Assembly: GCA_964291295.2 (NCBI GenBank)
Contig: OZ219754.1
Coordinates: forward strand, 896,001-960,000
DNA: 64,000 nt
From: an uncultured Candidatus Binatia bacterium
GTDB lineage: Bacteria > Desulfobacterota > Binatia > UBA9968 > JAJDTQ01
Reading direction: 5' to 3'
The translations under genes and the position numbers were made by a program. Below the pieces are notes generated by a model. It saw only the letters and a program-made list of their open reading frames with translations. It was not told the origin of the DNA and did no database searches. Below, piece by piece: positions 18,435 to 28,944 of this stretch (within the stretch, counting starts at the first letter, position 1; each line of letters starts with the position of its first letter).

Positions 18435-19184
18435 TCAGTCCCGGTTGATCAGCGAGGCCGCGAAGCCGGCGCCGAAGCCATTGTCGACGTTCACTACCGT
18501 CACTCCCGCGGCGCAGGAGTTGAGCATGGCCAGCAGCGCCGCCAGGCCGCCGAAGCTGGCGCCGTAGCCGATGCTGGTGGGCACGGCGATGACCGGCCGC
18601 CGGACCAGCCCGGCCACCACGCTGGGCAGGGCGCCTTCCATGCCCGCAACCACGATGAGCAGCGCCGCCTCGGAGAGTTGCCGGTGGTGGCTCAGCAGCC
18701 GGTGCAGGCCGGCGACGCCGACGTCGTAGATCCGTTCCACCCGGTTGTCCATGATCTCGCTGGTCACCGCGGCCTCCTCCGCCACCGGTATGTCGGAGGT
18801 GCCGGCGCACACCACCGCGATGGTCCCCTTGCCCTTGTGCGGGGCCTCCCGGGCGCGCCAGGTGGCGCACCGGGCCTGGCGGTGGAAACGGAAACCCCGG
18901 AGGCGCCGCCGCAGGGCGTCCATCTTGTCCCCGGACAGCCGGGTGATGAGCACGTTCACGCCCCGCTTCCGGATGGCCCGGGCGATCTCGACGATGTCCG
19001 GGACTTCCTTGCCTTCGCCCATGATGACCTCGGGAAACCCCTGCCGCAAGGCCCGGTGATGGTCCACCTTGGCAAACCCCAGATCCTCGAAGGGAAGGTG
19101 ACGGAGCCGCTTCAGCGCCTCCTCGACAGGAACCTGGCCGTGCCGCACGTCTTCCAGGAGAGCTGCGAGTCTCTCTTCGTCCAT
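18435..19184 (-). CDS. larB: Nickel pincer cofactor biosynthesis protein LarB
   Basis: FAKVDHHRALRQGFPEVI, AGTSDIPVAEEA, DVGVAGLHRL, AGMEGALPSV, VNVDNGFGAG. Confidence 0.92.
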   Translation of the reverse strand: MDEERLAALLEDVRHGQVPVEEALKRLRHLPFEDLGFAKVDHHRALRQGFPEVIMGEGKEVPDIVEIARAIRKRGVNVLITRLSGDKMDALRRRLRGFRFHRQARCATWRAREAPHKGKGTIAVVCAGTSDIPVAEEAAVTSEIMDNRVERIYDVGVAGLHRLLSHHRQLSEAALLIVVAGMEGALPSVVAGLVRRPVIAVPTSIGYGASFGGLAALLAMLNSCAAGVTVVNVDNGFGAGFAASLINRD

Positions 19185-19190
19185 GGCGCC

Positions 19191-20183
19191 CTACGCGGAC
19201 CTCCTGAAGTGGTCGTGACCGCCGCCCGTCAGGGGTACGCTTCCGCCCCGCGGGTCCAGCAGCGTGACGCCCCGCTTCCGGGCCACGCACTCGCCGATGC
19301 GGGTGATGGCGACGCCGGTGCGCCGGGCGACCCGCTCCACCCCCGTGCCGGCCCCGCCCGGCGCGGTGAACAGCAGCTCGTAGTCCTCGCCGCCGGCCAG
19401 CGCGCAGGGGAGGTCTTCCGGTCCGGCCACCCGGTTGAAAACCGGCGACAGCGGCACCCGGTCCTGACGCACCACCGCCCCGACGCCGCTGGCCCGGCAG
19501 AGCTGTCCGAGGTCCTGCGCGAGGCCGTCGCTCACGTCCATCATGGCCCGGGCCAGGCCTTCCCTGGCCAGTTGCAGGCCGGTCTCCAGGCGCGCCGCGG
19601 GGTGGTGGTGCCTGCGCACGAGGTAGTTCCGGTCCCGGGCGGAAATCGCGCTCCGGGGCTCGGAAAGCAGCGCCAGCCCCAGCGCGGAGTCTCCCAGGGT
19701 GCCGGTCACGTAGATGTCGTCACCCACCCTGGCGCCGCTTCGGGTGACTGCGCCGTGGGGCGCGAAGCCCGCAAGGAACACGTCGATGACCAGCCGGTCC
19801 GCGGCGCAGGTGTCGCCTCCCACCAGCGCCACCCGATGCTCCGCGGCCGCGGCGTGAATGCCCCGGACCAGCGCGGCCGCCTGGTGCGCGGCCAGGTCCG
19901 GCAGGGCCAGCGACAGCAGGAAATAGGCCGGCCGGCCGCCCATGGCGGCGATGTCGCTCAAGCTGGCGGTCAGGGACTTGTGTCCGAGATCCCGCATCGA
20001 GATCCAGTCGCGGTTGAAGTGGACGTCTTCGATCAGCAGGTCCGAGGTGAACAGCATGGAATCGTCCGGTGTGGCGACCCGGGCAGCGTCGTCGCCGATG
20101 CCCAGCCGCACGCCGCGCGCCCGCGGGGTCTGCTTCCGGATCAGGTCGATGAGCCCGAACTCTCCCAGGTCCCGAAGTCTCAT
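19191..20183 (-). CDS. thiL: Thiamine-monophosphate kinase
   Basis: GEFGLID, GIGDDAA, SLSDIAAMGG, LVGGDT, MMDVSDGL, GGEDYELLFT. Confidence 0.95.
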   Translation of the reverse strand: MRLRDLGEFGLIDLIRKQTPRARGVRLGIGDDAARVATPDDSMLFTSDLLIEDVHFNRDWISMRDLGHKSLTASLSDIAAMGGRPAYFLLSLALPDLAAHQAAALVRGIHAAAAEHRVALVGGDTCAADRLVIDVFLAGFAPHGAVTRSGARVGDDIYVTGTLGDSALGLALLSEPRSAISARDRNYLVRRHHHPAARLETGLQLAREGLARAMMDVSDGLAQDLGQLCRASGVGAVVRQDRVPLSPVFNRVAGPEDLPCALAGGEDYELLFTAPGGAGTGVERVARRTGVAITRIGECVARKRGVTLLDPRGGSVPLTGGGHDHFRRSA

Positions 20184-20202
20184 GGACGGATCGGGAGGAA
20201 CG

Positions 20203-22683
20203 TCAGGCGTTGGCCGGCACCGCTCTGTCCGCGCCGCCCTTGGGTCGGGGGCGCCGGCCGGCTTTCTTGCGCCTTGCCGCGGCAGGGGGCTTCGGCGTGT
20301 CGCCGGACACGCTTTCCGGCTGCTTGTCTCCGAACGCCGCCGCCAGCACGTCGTTCATGTTGCGCGCCAGGATGAAGTGCAGCTTGTTGCGCAAGGGTCG
20401 CGGGATCTCTTCGAGATCCTTCTGGTTCTGGAACGGAATGGCCACGGTCTCGACGCCGGAACGAAAGGCCGCCAGACATTTCTCCTTCAGGCCGCCCACC
20501 GGCAGGACCCGGCCCCGGAGGGTGATCTCCCCGGTCATGGCCACATTCCGGCTCACCGGCCGGCGGGTCAGCGCGGAGATGAGGGCGGTTCCCATGGTGA
20601 TGCCCGCCGAGGGGCCGTCCTTGGGAATGGAGCCGGAGGGTACGTGTATGTGGATGTCCTGCTTCTGGTAGAAGCTCTCTTCGAGGCCCAGGTTCTTGGC
20701 CTGGGCCCGGGCGTAGCTCACCGCGGCCTGGGCCGACTCCCTCATGACGTCACCCAGCTGGCCCGTCAGCGTGAGGTTGCCGCGGCCCTTGGACAGCGAT
20801 GCTTCGACGTGCAGCACCTCGCCGCCGGCGCTGGTCCAGGCGAGACCGGTGGCCACGCCGATCTCGTTCTGGTCCTGGGTTTCGGTCAGGAACCGAGGGG
20901 GGCCGAGGAACCGGTGCAGGTTCCTCCGGGTGATGCGGGTGCGGGCGGTGCGCCCGTCGGCCACCCTGCGCGCCACCTTCCGGCAGATGGCCGCCATCTC
21001 CCGCTCGAGATTCCGGAGCCCCGCCTCCCGCGTGTACTGTTCGATGATCCGCAGTACCGCGTCGTTGGATATCTCCAGCAGATCGCTCGAAATCCCGGCC
21101 TCCTGCAACTGCCGCGGGACCAGGAAACGCCGGGCAATCTCCAGCTTCTCCTCATTGGTATAGCCGGAGAGGTTGATCACCTCCATGCGGTCGCGCAGCG
21201 CCGGCGGGATCGTGTCGAGGAGATTGGCGGTGCAGATGAAGAGCACGCTGGACAGGTCGAACGGGACATTCAGGTAGTGGTCGCTGAATTCGTGGTTCTG
21301 CTCGGGATCGAGCACCTCCAGCAAGGCTGCCGAGGGGTCGCCGCGGAAGTCGTTGCCGAGCTTGTCGAGTTCGTCCAGCATGAATACCGGATTGTGGCTG
21401 CCGGCCTGCTTCATGCCCTGGATGATGCGGCCCGGCAGCGCCCCCACGTAGGTTCTGCGGTGGCCGCGGATCTCCGCCTCGTCGCGGATGCCGCCCAGGG
21501 ACACGCGGACGAAGTTCCGCCCGAGGGCCCGGGCGATGGATTTGCCCAAGGAGGTCTTGCCGACCCCCGGCGGCCCCACGAAGCACAGGATGGGCCCGCG
21601 GATCTTCTTTCTCAGCTTGTTGACCGCGAGATACTCGAGAAAGCGCTCCTTGATCTTCTCCAGGTTGTAGTGGTCCTCGTCCAGAACCTGCTTGGCCTTC
21701 CCGAGGTCGAGATTGTCGTCGGTCTTCACGCTCCAGGGAAGCTCCACCATCCAGTCCAGGTAGGTCCTCACCAGTGAGGACTCGGACGACTCGGGATGCA
21801 TCTGCTCCAGGCGCTTGAGCTGCTTGGCGGCCTCCTTCCGGACCTCGGACGGCATGCCGGCCTTGTCGATCCGGGCCTTGAACTCGTTCATCTCCTCGGT
21901 TTTCTCGTCGCCTTCCCCCAGCTCTTGGTGGATCTGCCTGAGCTGCTCCCGCAGGAAGTATTCCCGCTGGGTCTTGCTCATTTCGTCCTTGGCCTGGTTC
22001 TGGATGCGCGCCTGCATGGTAGCCAGCTCGAGTTCCCGGGTGAGCAGCTCGTTGACCTTCCTGAGCCGGTCCAGCGGCTCGTAGATCTCGAGGATGGCCT
22101 GGCTTTCCTCGATCTGGAGCCGCAGGTTCGAAGCCACCAGGTCCGCCAGCACGCCGGGATCCACCACGTTGTCCGTGACCATGACGATCTCGGGCGGAAG
22201 GTTCTTGAGGTTGAGGATCTGCTCGATCTTCTCCTTGACGCTGCGCATCAGCGCCTCGACCTCGACGGACAACTCGACGATCTGCTGCTCCACCACCTTG
22301 CGGATACGCACCTCGAAGAACGGCTTTTTCCGCACCACCTGTTCGAGGGAGCCCTTGGTGAGTCCCTGTACCAGGATCTTCACGCGTCCGTCGTCGAGCT
22401 TGAGCATGCGCAGGATGGTCGCCACCGTGCCCACGCGGTACAGGTCGTCGGCCCCGGGCTTGTCCTCCGCGGCGTCCTTCTGCACCACGAGAAAGATGTG
22501 GCGGTCACGCGCGAGCGCCTCGTTCACCGCGTTGATGGAGATCTCCCGCCCGACGAACAGGGGTATCATCATGTAGGGATAGATGACGATGTCCCTGATG
22601 GGCAGCAGCGGTACGACGTCGGGGATGTCCTCGATCGGCCGGTCGGCAACGAACTCCGCGGTGTCCTTGTCCGATACGTCCAT
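20203..22683 (-). CDS. lon: ATP-dependent protease La
   Basis: Lon N domain, GPPGVGKTS, LDELDK, PKDGPSAG catalytic Ser. Confidence 0.97.
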   Translation of the reverse strand: MDVSDKDTAEFVADRPIEDIPDVVPLLPIRDIVIYPYMMIPLFVGREISINAVNEALARDRHIFLVVQKDAAEDKPGADDLYRVGTVATILRMLKLDDGRVKILVQGLTKGSLEQVVRKKPFFEVRIRKVVEQQIVELSVEVEALMRSVKEKIEQILNLKNLPPEIVMVTDNVVDPGVLADLVASNLRLQIEESQAILEIYEPLDRLRKVNELLTRELELATMQARIQNQAKDEMSKTQREYFLREQLRQIHQELGEGDEKTEEMNEFKARIDKAGMPSEVRKEAAKQLKRLEQMHPESSESSLVRTYLDWMVELPWSVKTDDNLDLGKAKQVLDEDHYNLEKIKERFLEYLAVNKLRKKIRGPILCFVGPPGVGKTSLGKSIARALGRNFVRVSLGGIRDEAEIRGHRRTYVGALPGRIIQGMKQAGSHNPVFMLDELDKLGNDFRGDPSAALLEVLDPEQNHEFSDHYLNVPFDLSSVLFICTANLLDTIPPALRDRMEVINLSGYTNEEKLEIARRFLVPRQLQEAGISSDLLEISNDAVLRIIEQYTREAGLRNLEREMAAICRKVARRVADGRTARTRITRRNLHRFLGPPRFLTETQDQNEIGVATGLAWTSAGGEVLHVEASLSKGRGNLTLTGQLGDVMRESAQAAVSYARAQAKNLGLEESFYQKQDIHIHVPSGSIPKDGPSAGITMGTALISALTRRPVSRNVAMTGEITLRGRVLPVGGLKEKCLAAFRSGVETVAIPFQNQKDLEEIPRPLRNKLHFILARNMNDVLAAAFGDKQPESVSGDTPKPPAAARRKKAGRRPRPKGGADRAVPANA

Positions 22684-22686
22684 GCG

Positions 22687-23811
22687 TTACCCTCTGTCGT
22701 CGAACAGTTCCCGTACCTTTTCGAAGAAACCCTTGGCGATGGGATGCGCTTCCTCCTGGTCTTCCTGGGCGAAATCCTTGAGCAATTTCTTCTGGCGCGA
22801 GTTGAGCCGGGTCGGGGTTTCCACCAGGACGCGCACGTGTTCGTCGCCCCGGCGGCCGCCGTGAACGTCCTTGATCCCTTTGCCCTTGAGGCGGAAGAGC
22901 GCGTGGGACTGGGTCCCGGAAGGGATCTTCATCTTGACCTTGCCATCCAGCGTGGGCACCTCGATCTCGGCTCCGAGAGCGGCGTCGACGAAGCTGATGG
23001 GCATCTCGCAGATGACGTCGGTGCCGTCACGGGAGAAGATCGCGTGCTCCTGGACGATGATGACCACGTACAGGTCTCCGGGCGGGCCGCCCCGGCCGCC
23101 GTTCTCGCCTTCGCCCCGAAGCTTGAGCCGCGAGCCGGTGTCGACGCCGGCCGGAATCTTGACGTTGATGGTGTGGAATTTCCGCACGAGGCCGGTGCCG
23201 CCGCAGCCGGTGCAAGGGTGGGGGATCACCCGGCCCTGGCCGGCGCACTGGCCGCAGGTGCGGGATACGGTGAAGAAGCCTTGCTGAAAGGCGGTCTGTC
23301 CGCTGCCCTGGCAGGCGGGACAGGTCTGCGGCGACGTGCCCTTCTCGGCACCGCTCCCCTCGCAGGCGTCGCAGGGTCCGTGGCGCGGGATCTTGATCTT
23401 CTTCTCGGTGCCGGAGGCGGCCTGCTCGAAGGTGATCTCGAGGTTGTAGCGGAGGTCGTCGCCCCGCTGCGCCCGTGAAGTGCTCCGGCCCCGGGGCGAG
23501 CCGCCGAAGATGTCGCCGAAGATATCGCCGAAAATGTCCTGGAACCCGTGGGCGAAGTCGAAGCCGCCGGCGAACGGCCCGCTTTCGCCGAACGCGGCAT
23601 GGCCGAACTGGTCGTACCTGGAGCGCTTCTCCGGATCCGAGAGCACCTGGTAGGCCTCGGAGAGCACCTTGAACTTCTCCTCCGCCTCCTTGTCGCCAGG
23701 GTTCCGGTCCGGGTGGTACTGCAGGGCCAGCTTGCGGTACGCTTTCTTGATCTCGTCCTCGCCGGCGTTGCGGCTCAGGCCGAGGATCTCGTAGTAATCC
23801 CTCTTGTCCAA
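22687..23811 (-). CDS. dnaJ: Chaperone DnaJ
   Basis: J domain HPD, G/F region, four CxxCxGxG motifs. Confidence 0.97.
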   Translation of the reverse strand: MDKRDYYEILGLSRNAGEDEIKKAYRKLALQYHPDRNPGDKEAEEKFKVLSEAYQVLSDPEKRSRYDQFGHAAFGESGPFAGGFDFAHGFQDIFGDIFGDIFGGSPRGRSTSRAQRGDDLRYNLEITFEQAASGTEKKIKIPRHGPCDACEGSGAEKGTSPQTCPACQGSGQTAFQQGFFTVSRTCGQCAGQGRVIPHPCTGCGGTGLVRKFHTINVKIPAGVDTGSRLKLRGEGENGGRGGPPGDLYVVIIVQEHAIFSRDGTDVICEMPISFVDAALGAEIEVPTLDGKVKMKIPSGTQSHALFRLKGKGIKDVHGGRRGDEHVRVLVETPTRLNSRQKKLLKDFAQEDQEEAHPIAKGFFEKVRELFDDRG

Positions 23812-23864
23812 TACGGAGTCCCTTTCGGCACACGGCTCCGAAACCGGCGCACGGTCCCGGAACC

Positions 23865-23890
23865 ATCATCCCCGCGCAAGCGGGAATCCA
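23865..23890. repeat. REP-like palindrome (TCAT.CCCGCG.A.GCGGGAATCCA type)
   Basis: atcatccccgcgcaagcgggaatcca; related copies at 31750 and 47803. Confidence 0.6.
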
Positions 23891-23923
23891 GGCGGGTGTG
23901 GGTGGGTGGCGGAGGGGTGAAGG

Positions 23924-25840
<1,917 letters not shown>

Positions 25841-25877
25841 CTCATTGTCTCCTTGTCGTGCGGTTTCATTGTAAATC

Positions 25878-25902
25878 TAATCATCGGTCTGGTCGGTTTC
25901 AA
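25878..25902 (-). promoter_or_regulatory. Putative heat-shock promoter TTGAAA-N13-TGATTA upstream of dnaK
   Basis: Same motif and spacing upstream of grpE. Confidence 0.6.
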
Positions 25903-25909
25903 CCGGGGT

Positions 25910-26488
25910 TTATTCTTTTGAAATCGAAGCCTTGGCCACACTCACCAGGGACGGCCGCAACAGCCGGTCGGCCAGGTAGTAGCCCGGGTGCACCTCGTCC
26001 ACCACCGTGTTGGCCGGGTGCTCGTCGGTCTCCACCTGGGCGTAGGCCTCGTGCTTCCCGGGGTCGAAGGGTTGTCCCTTGGCCGTGACCCGCGTGACTC
26101 CGTGTTTCTGAAGCGCTTCGAGACAGCCCTTGAGCACCAGTTCGAGGCCGTCCCGCAGCGTGCCTTCGGCCGGAGCGTGCCGGGCCGCCCGCTCAAGGTC
26201 GTCGATCACCGGCAGAAGATCCCGCACCAGGGACTCGTTGGCGTACTGGATGGCGTCCTGCTTCTCACGGGCGACGCGCTTCCTGTAGTTCTCGGTATCG
26301 GCAGCGTTGCGCAGGTAGTGCTCGTGATGGCGGCGTGCTTCCTCCCGCGCGGCCTCCAGTTCGGCCGCCAACCGCTCGACCTCCGACGGCTCCCGCTCCT
26401 CTTCCGCCGCCGGGTCTGCATCGGGCGGGGTTGCCGTTTCCGGGTCTTCCGCCGCCGCTTCGCCCCGATGTCTGCTCTCTCCGTCCAT
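25910..26488 (-). CDS. grpE: Nucleotide exchange factor GrpE
   Basis: ADTENYRKR, LLPVIDDLERA, FDPGKHEA, GYYLADRLLRPSLVSV; ATG26488 inferred. Confidence 0.95.
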   Translation of the reverse strand: MDGESRHRGEAAAEDPETATPPDADPAAEEEREPSEVERLAAELEAAREEARRHHEHYLRNAADTENYRKRVAREKQDAIQYANESLVRDLLPVIDDLERAARHAPAEGTLRDGLELVLKGCLEALQKHGVTRVTAKGQPFDPGKHEAYAQVETDEHPANTVVDEVHPGYYLADRLLRPSLVSVAKASISKE

Positions 26489-26561
26489 GATTGCGTCCGC
26501 TTTCGGCCTATTTCCTGCTTGCGGGCGGAACAGCCCCCACCCCGCGGCGAACGAGTGAAGG

Positions 26562-26586
26562 TAATCACGGCTCCGGACCTTGTCAA
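26562..26586 (-). promoter_or_regulatory. Putative heat-shock promoter TTGACA-N13-TGATTA upstream of grpE
   Basis: Matches the dnaK upstream motif. Confidence 0.6.
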
Positions 26587-26787
26587 GGTAGCCGGAATCG
26601 CCGGCGGACGTCATTTCGGCCCGCGCGCCGCGGCGGGGACGGTGCCGTGCGCGGGTGCCCGGAATGGCCGAAACCGGACGTTTCCGCGGGATTTTTCCGA
26701 TGGCCTGGTGTATAAGGCACCGGATATCGGCGATGGCGTGGCGGGGTCGGGCGGCCGTTGGACGCCGTTCATGTCGGGGGGTGTCGA

Positions 26788-27561
26788 GTGTCGGCGATAC
26801 GGTCGAGCCAGGCCATCGTGCTGCGGTCCTGGGCCTATGGCGAATCGGACAAGATCGTCTCTTTCCTCACGCGGGATTTCGGCAAGATCAGGGGCATCGC
26901 CAAGGGAGCCCGGCGGTCCCGCAAACGATTGCTGAACGTTCTGGAACCGTTCACGCTGGTCCAGTTGCGCTTTCATCAGCGCTCCAGCAGCCCGCTCGTC
27001 TTTGTCCACGCCTGCGAGTGGGTCCATGTGTTCCGGGAACTGACGCGGACCCTGGCCAAGATCGCCCACGCTTCCTATTTCGTGGAAATCACCGATGAAC
27101 TGACGCGGGACGGCGACGACAGCCGGTCGCTGTTCGACCACCTGCGGGACGGGCTGCGGTTCCTGGAGAAGAACGAGGCGTCGGCGGAGTATCTCGTCGC
27201 CTTCGAACTGGCGCTGCTGCGGCTGGCCGGGTTTCAGCCGGCCCTGGAGCATTGCCAGCGCTGCGGCGCCAGGCCCTCGCCCGGTGATGGCCGGGGAGGT
27301 GGCCGCTGGGGGTTCAGCCCGCGGGACGGCGGCGCGCTGTGCCGAAACTGTTGCAGCCTTCGCAAGGAGGCGGTGCCCCTGTCCATGGAGGCCCTCGCCA
27401 TCATGGCCCACTTCCAGCGGCACGGGTGGATGCACGGGAAGACGCCGCCGTTCTCCCGGCCGGCGCTCGGGGAGGCCCGCGAGCTGCTGCCCTTGTTTAT
27501 CCAGTACCAGATTAGTAAGAAGCTCAAGTCCGCGGCTTTCCTGAACGGCTCGTTTCGATAG
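26788..27561 (+). CDS. recO: DNA repair protein RecO
   Basis: AIVLR..YGESDKIV..LT..GKIRGIAKGARRS, LEPF, CxxC...CxxC. Confidence 0.93.
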   Translation: MSAIRSSQAIVLRSWAYGESDKIVSFLTRDFGKIRGIAKGARRSRKRLLNVLEPFTLVQLRFHQRSSSPLVFVHACEWVHVFRELTRTLAKIAHASYFVEITDELTRDGDDSRSLFDHLRDGLRFLEKNEASAEYLVAFELALLRLAGFQPALEHCQRCGARPSPGDGRGGGRWGFSPRDGGALCRNCCSLRKEAVPLSMEALAIMAHFQRHGWMHGKTPPFSRPALGEARELLPLFIQYQISKKLKSAAFLNGSFR

Positions 27562-27621
27562 CCTCCGGGAAGGCCCCGTTTCCACCGCGTCCCGACCACA
27601 GACAGGAGAACCCGAGCACTC

Positions 27622-28944
27622 ATGAACGAACGCGCGACGATGGAAAAAGTCGTCAATCTTTGCAAGCGGAGAGGGTTCATCTTTCCGTCCAGTGAGATTT
27701 ACGGAGGAATCGGCAGCACCTGGGACTACGGGCCGGTGGGGGTGGAGCTCAAGCGCAACGTCAAGGAGGCGTGGTGGAAGGCGGTGGTGACCGGCCGCAA
27801 CGACACGGTGGGCCTGGACGCCTCGATCCTGATGCATCCGCGGGTGTGGGAGGCGTCGGGCCACGTCGCCGGTTTTTCCGATCCACTGGTGGAGTGCCGG
27901 GTATGCCACCTGCGTTTCCGGGAAGACCACGTGGAGGAGGCGGGCAAGTGCCCGGACTGCGGCGGCGGGCTGACGGAGGCGCGTCAGTTCAACCTCATGT
28001 TCAAGACCTTCATGGGACCGGTGGAGGACACCGCCAGCACGGTGTTCCTGCGGCCCGAGACCGCCCAGGGCATCTTCGTCAACTTCACCAATGTGCTGGA
28101 CACCGCACGCCGGAAGATCCCCTTCGGCATCGCGCAGATCGGCAAGAGCTTCCGCAACGAGATCACTCCCGGCAACTTCATCTTCCGCACCCGCGAGTTC
28201 GAGCAGATGGAGATCGAGTACTTCGTCAAGCCGGGCGAGGACGAGGATGCCTTCCGGTCCTGGCAGGAAGCGCGTCTCCAGTGGTACGTGGACAATGGCA
28301 TCCGCGCCGCCAACCTCCGCATCCGCCCCCACGGCAGCGACGAGCTGGCCCATTACGCCAAGGCCTGCGTGGACGTGGAGTACGAGTTCCCGTTCGGCTG
28401 GTCGGAGCTCGAGGGCATCGCCAACCGCAGCGACTTCGACCTGAAGCAGCACATGGAGTACAGCGGCAAGGACATGACCTACTTCGACGAGGTCAGCCGC
28501 AGCCGCTACATCCCCTATGTCATCGAACCTTCCGCTGGCGTGGACCGCCCGCTGCTGGCGTTCCTGGTGGACGCCTACGATGAGGAGGAAGTGGCCGGCG
28601 AACGGCGCATCGTGCTGCGTCTCGATCCGCGCCTGGCGCCCTTCAAGGCCGGCGTCTATCCACTGCTGCGCAAGGACGGACAGCCGGAACGGGCCCAGGA
28701 GATACGGGACATCCTCAAGGAGCGTTTCCCGGTGATCTACGATCAGGCCGGCTCCATCGGCCGGCGCTACCGGCGCCAGGACGAGATCGGCACGCCCTTC
28801 GGCGTCACCGTGGACCACGAGACCATGAAGGACCAGACGGTGACACTGCGGGACCGCGACGCCATGACCCAGGTGCGGATTCCGGTGGACCGGCTGGCGG
28901 ACGAGATTGCCCGCCGTATCGACCCGCGCACGAGGGACCGCTGA
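27622..28944 (+). CDS. glyQS: Glycine-tRNA ligase (alpha2 type)
   Basis: [50 protein letters not shown]. Confidence 0.96.
   Translation: MNERATMEKVVNLCKRRGFIFPSSEIYGGIGSTWDYGPVGVELKRNVKEAWWKAVVTGRNDTVGLDASILMHPRVWEASGHVAGFSDPLVECRVCHLRFREDHVEEAGKCPDCGGGLTEARQFNLMFKTFMGPVEDTASTVFLRPETAQGIFVNFTNVLDTARRKIPFGIAQIGKSFRNEITPGNFIFRTREFEQMEIEYFVKPGEDEDAFRSWQEARLQWYVDNGIRAANLRIRPHGSDELAHYAKACVDVEYEFPFGWSELEGIANRSDFDLKQHMEYSGKDMTYFDEVSRSRYIPYVIEPSAGVDRPLLAFLVDAYDEEEVAGERRIVLRLDPRLAPFKAGVYPLLRKDGQPERAQEIRDILKERFPVIYDQAGSIGRRYRRQDEIGTPFGVTVDHETMKDQTVTLRDRDAMTQVRIPVDRLADEIARRIDPRTRDR

Noticed and set aside
25841-26700. CIRCE/HrcA operator
   Set aside because: No TTAGCACTC-N9-GAGTGCTAA seen.
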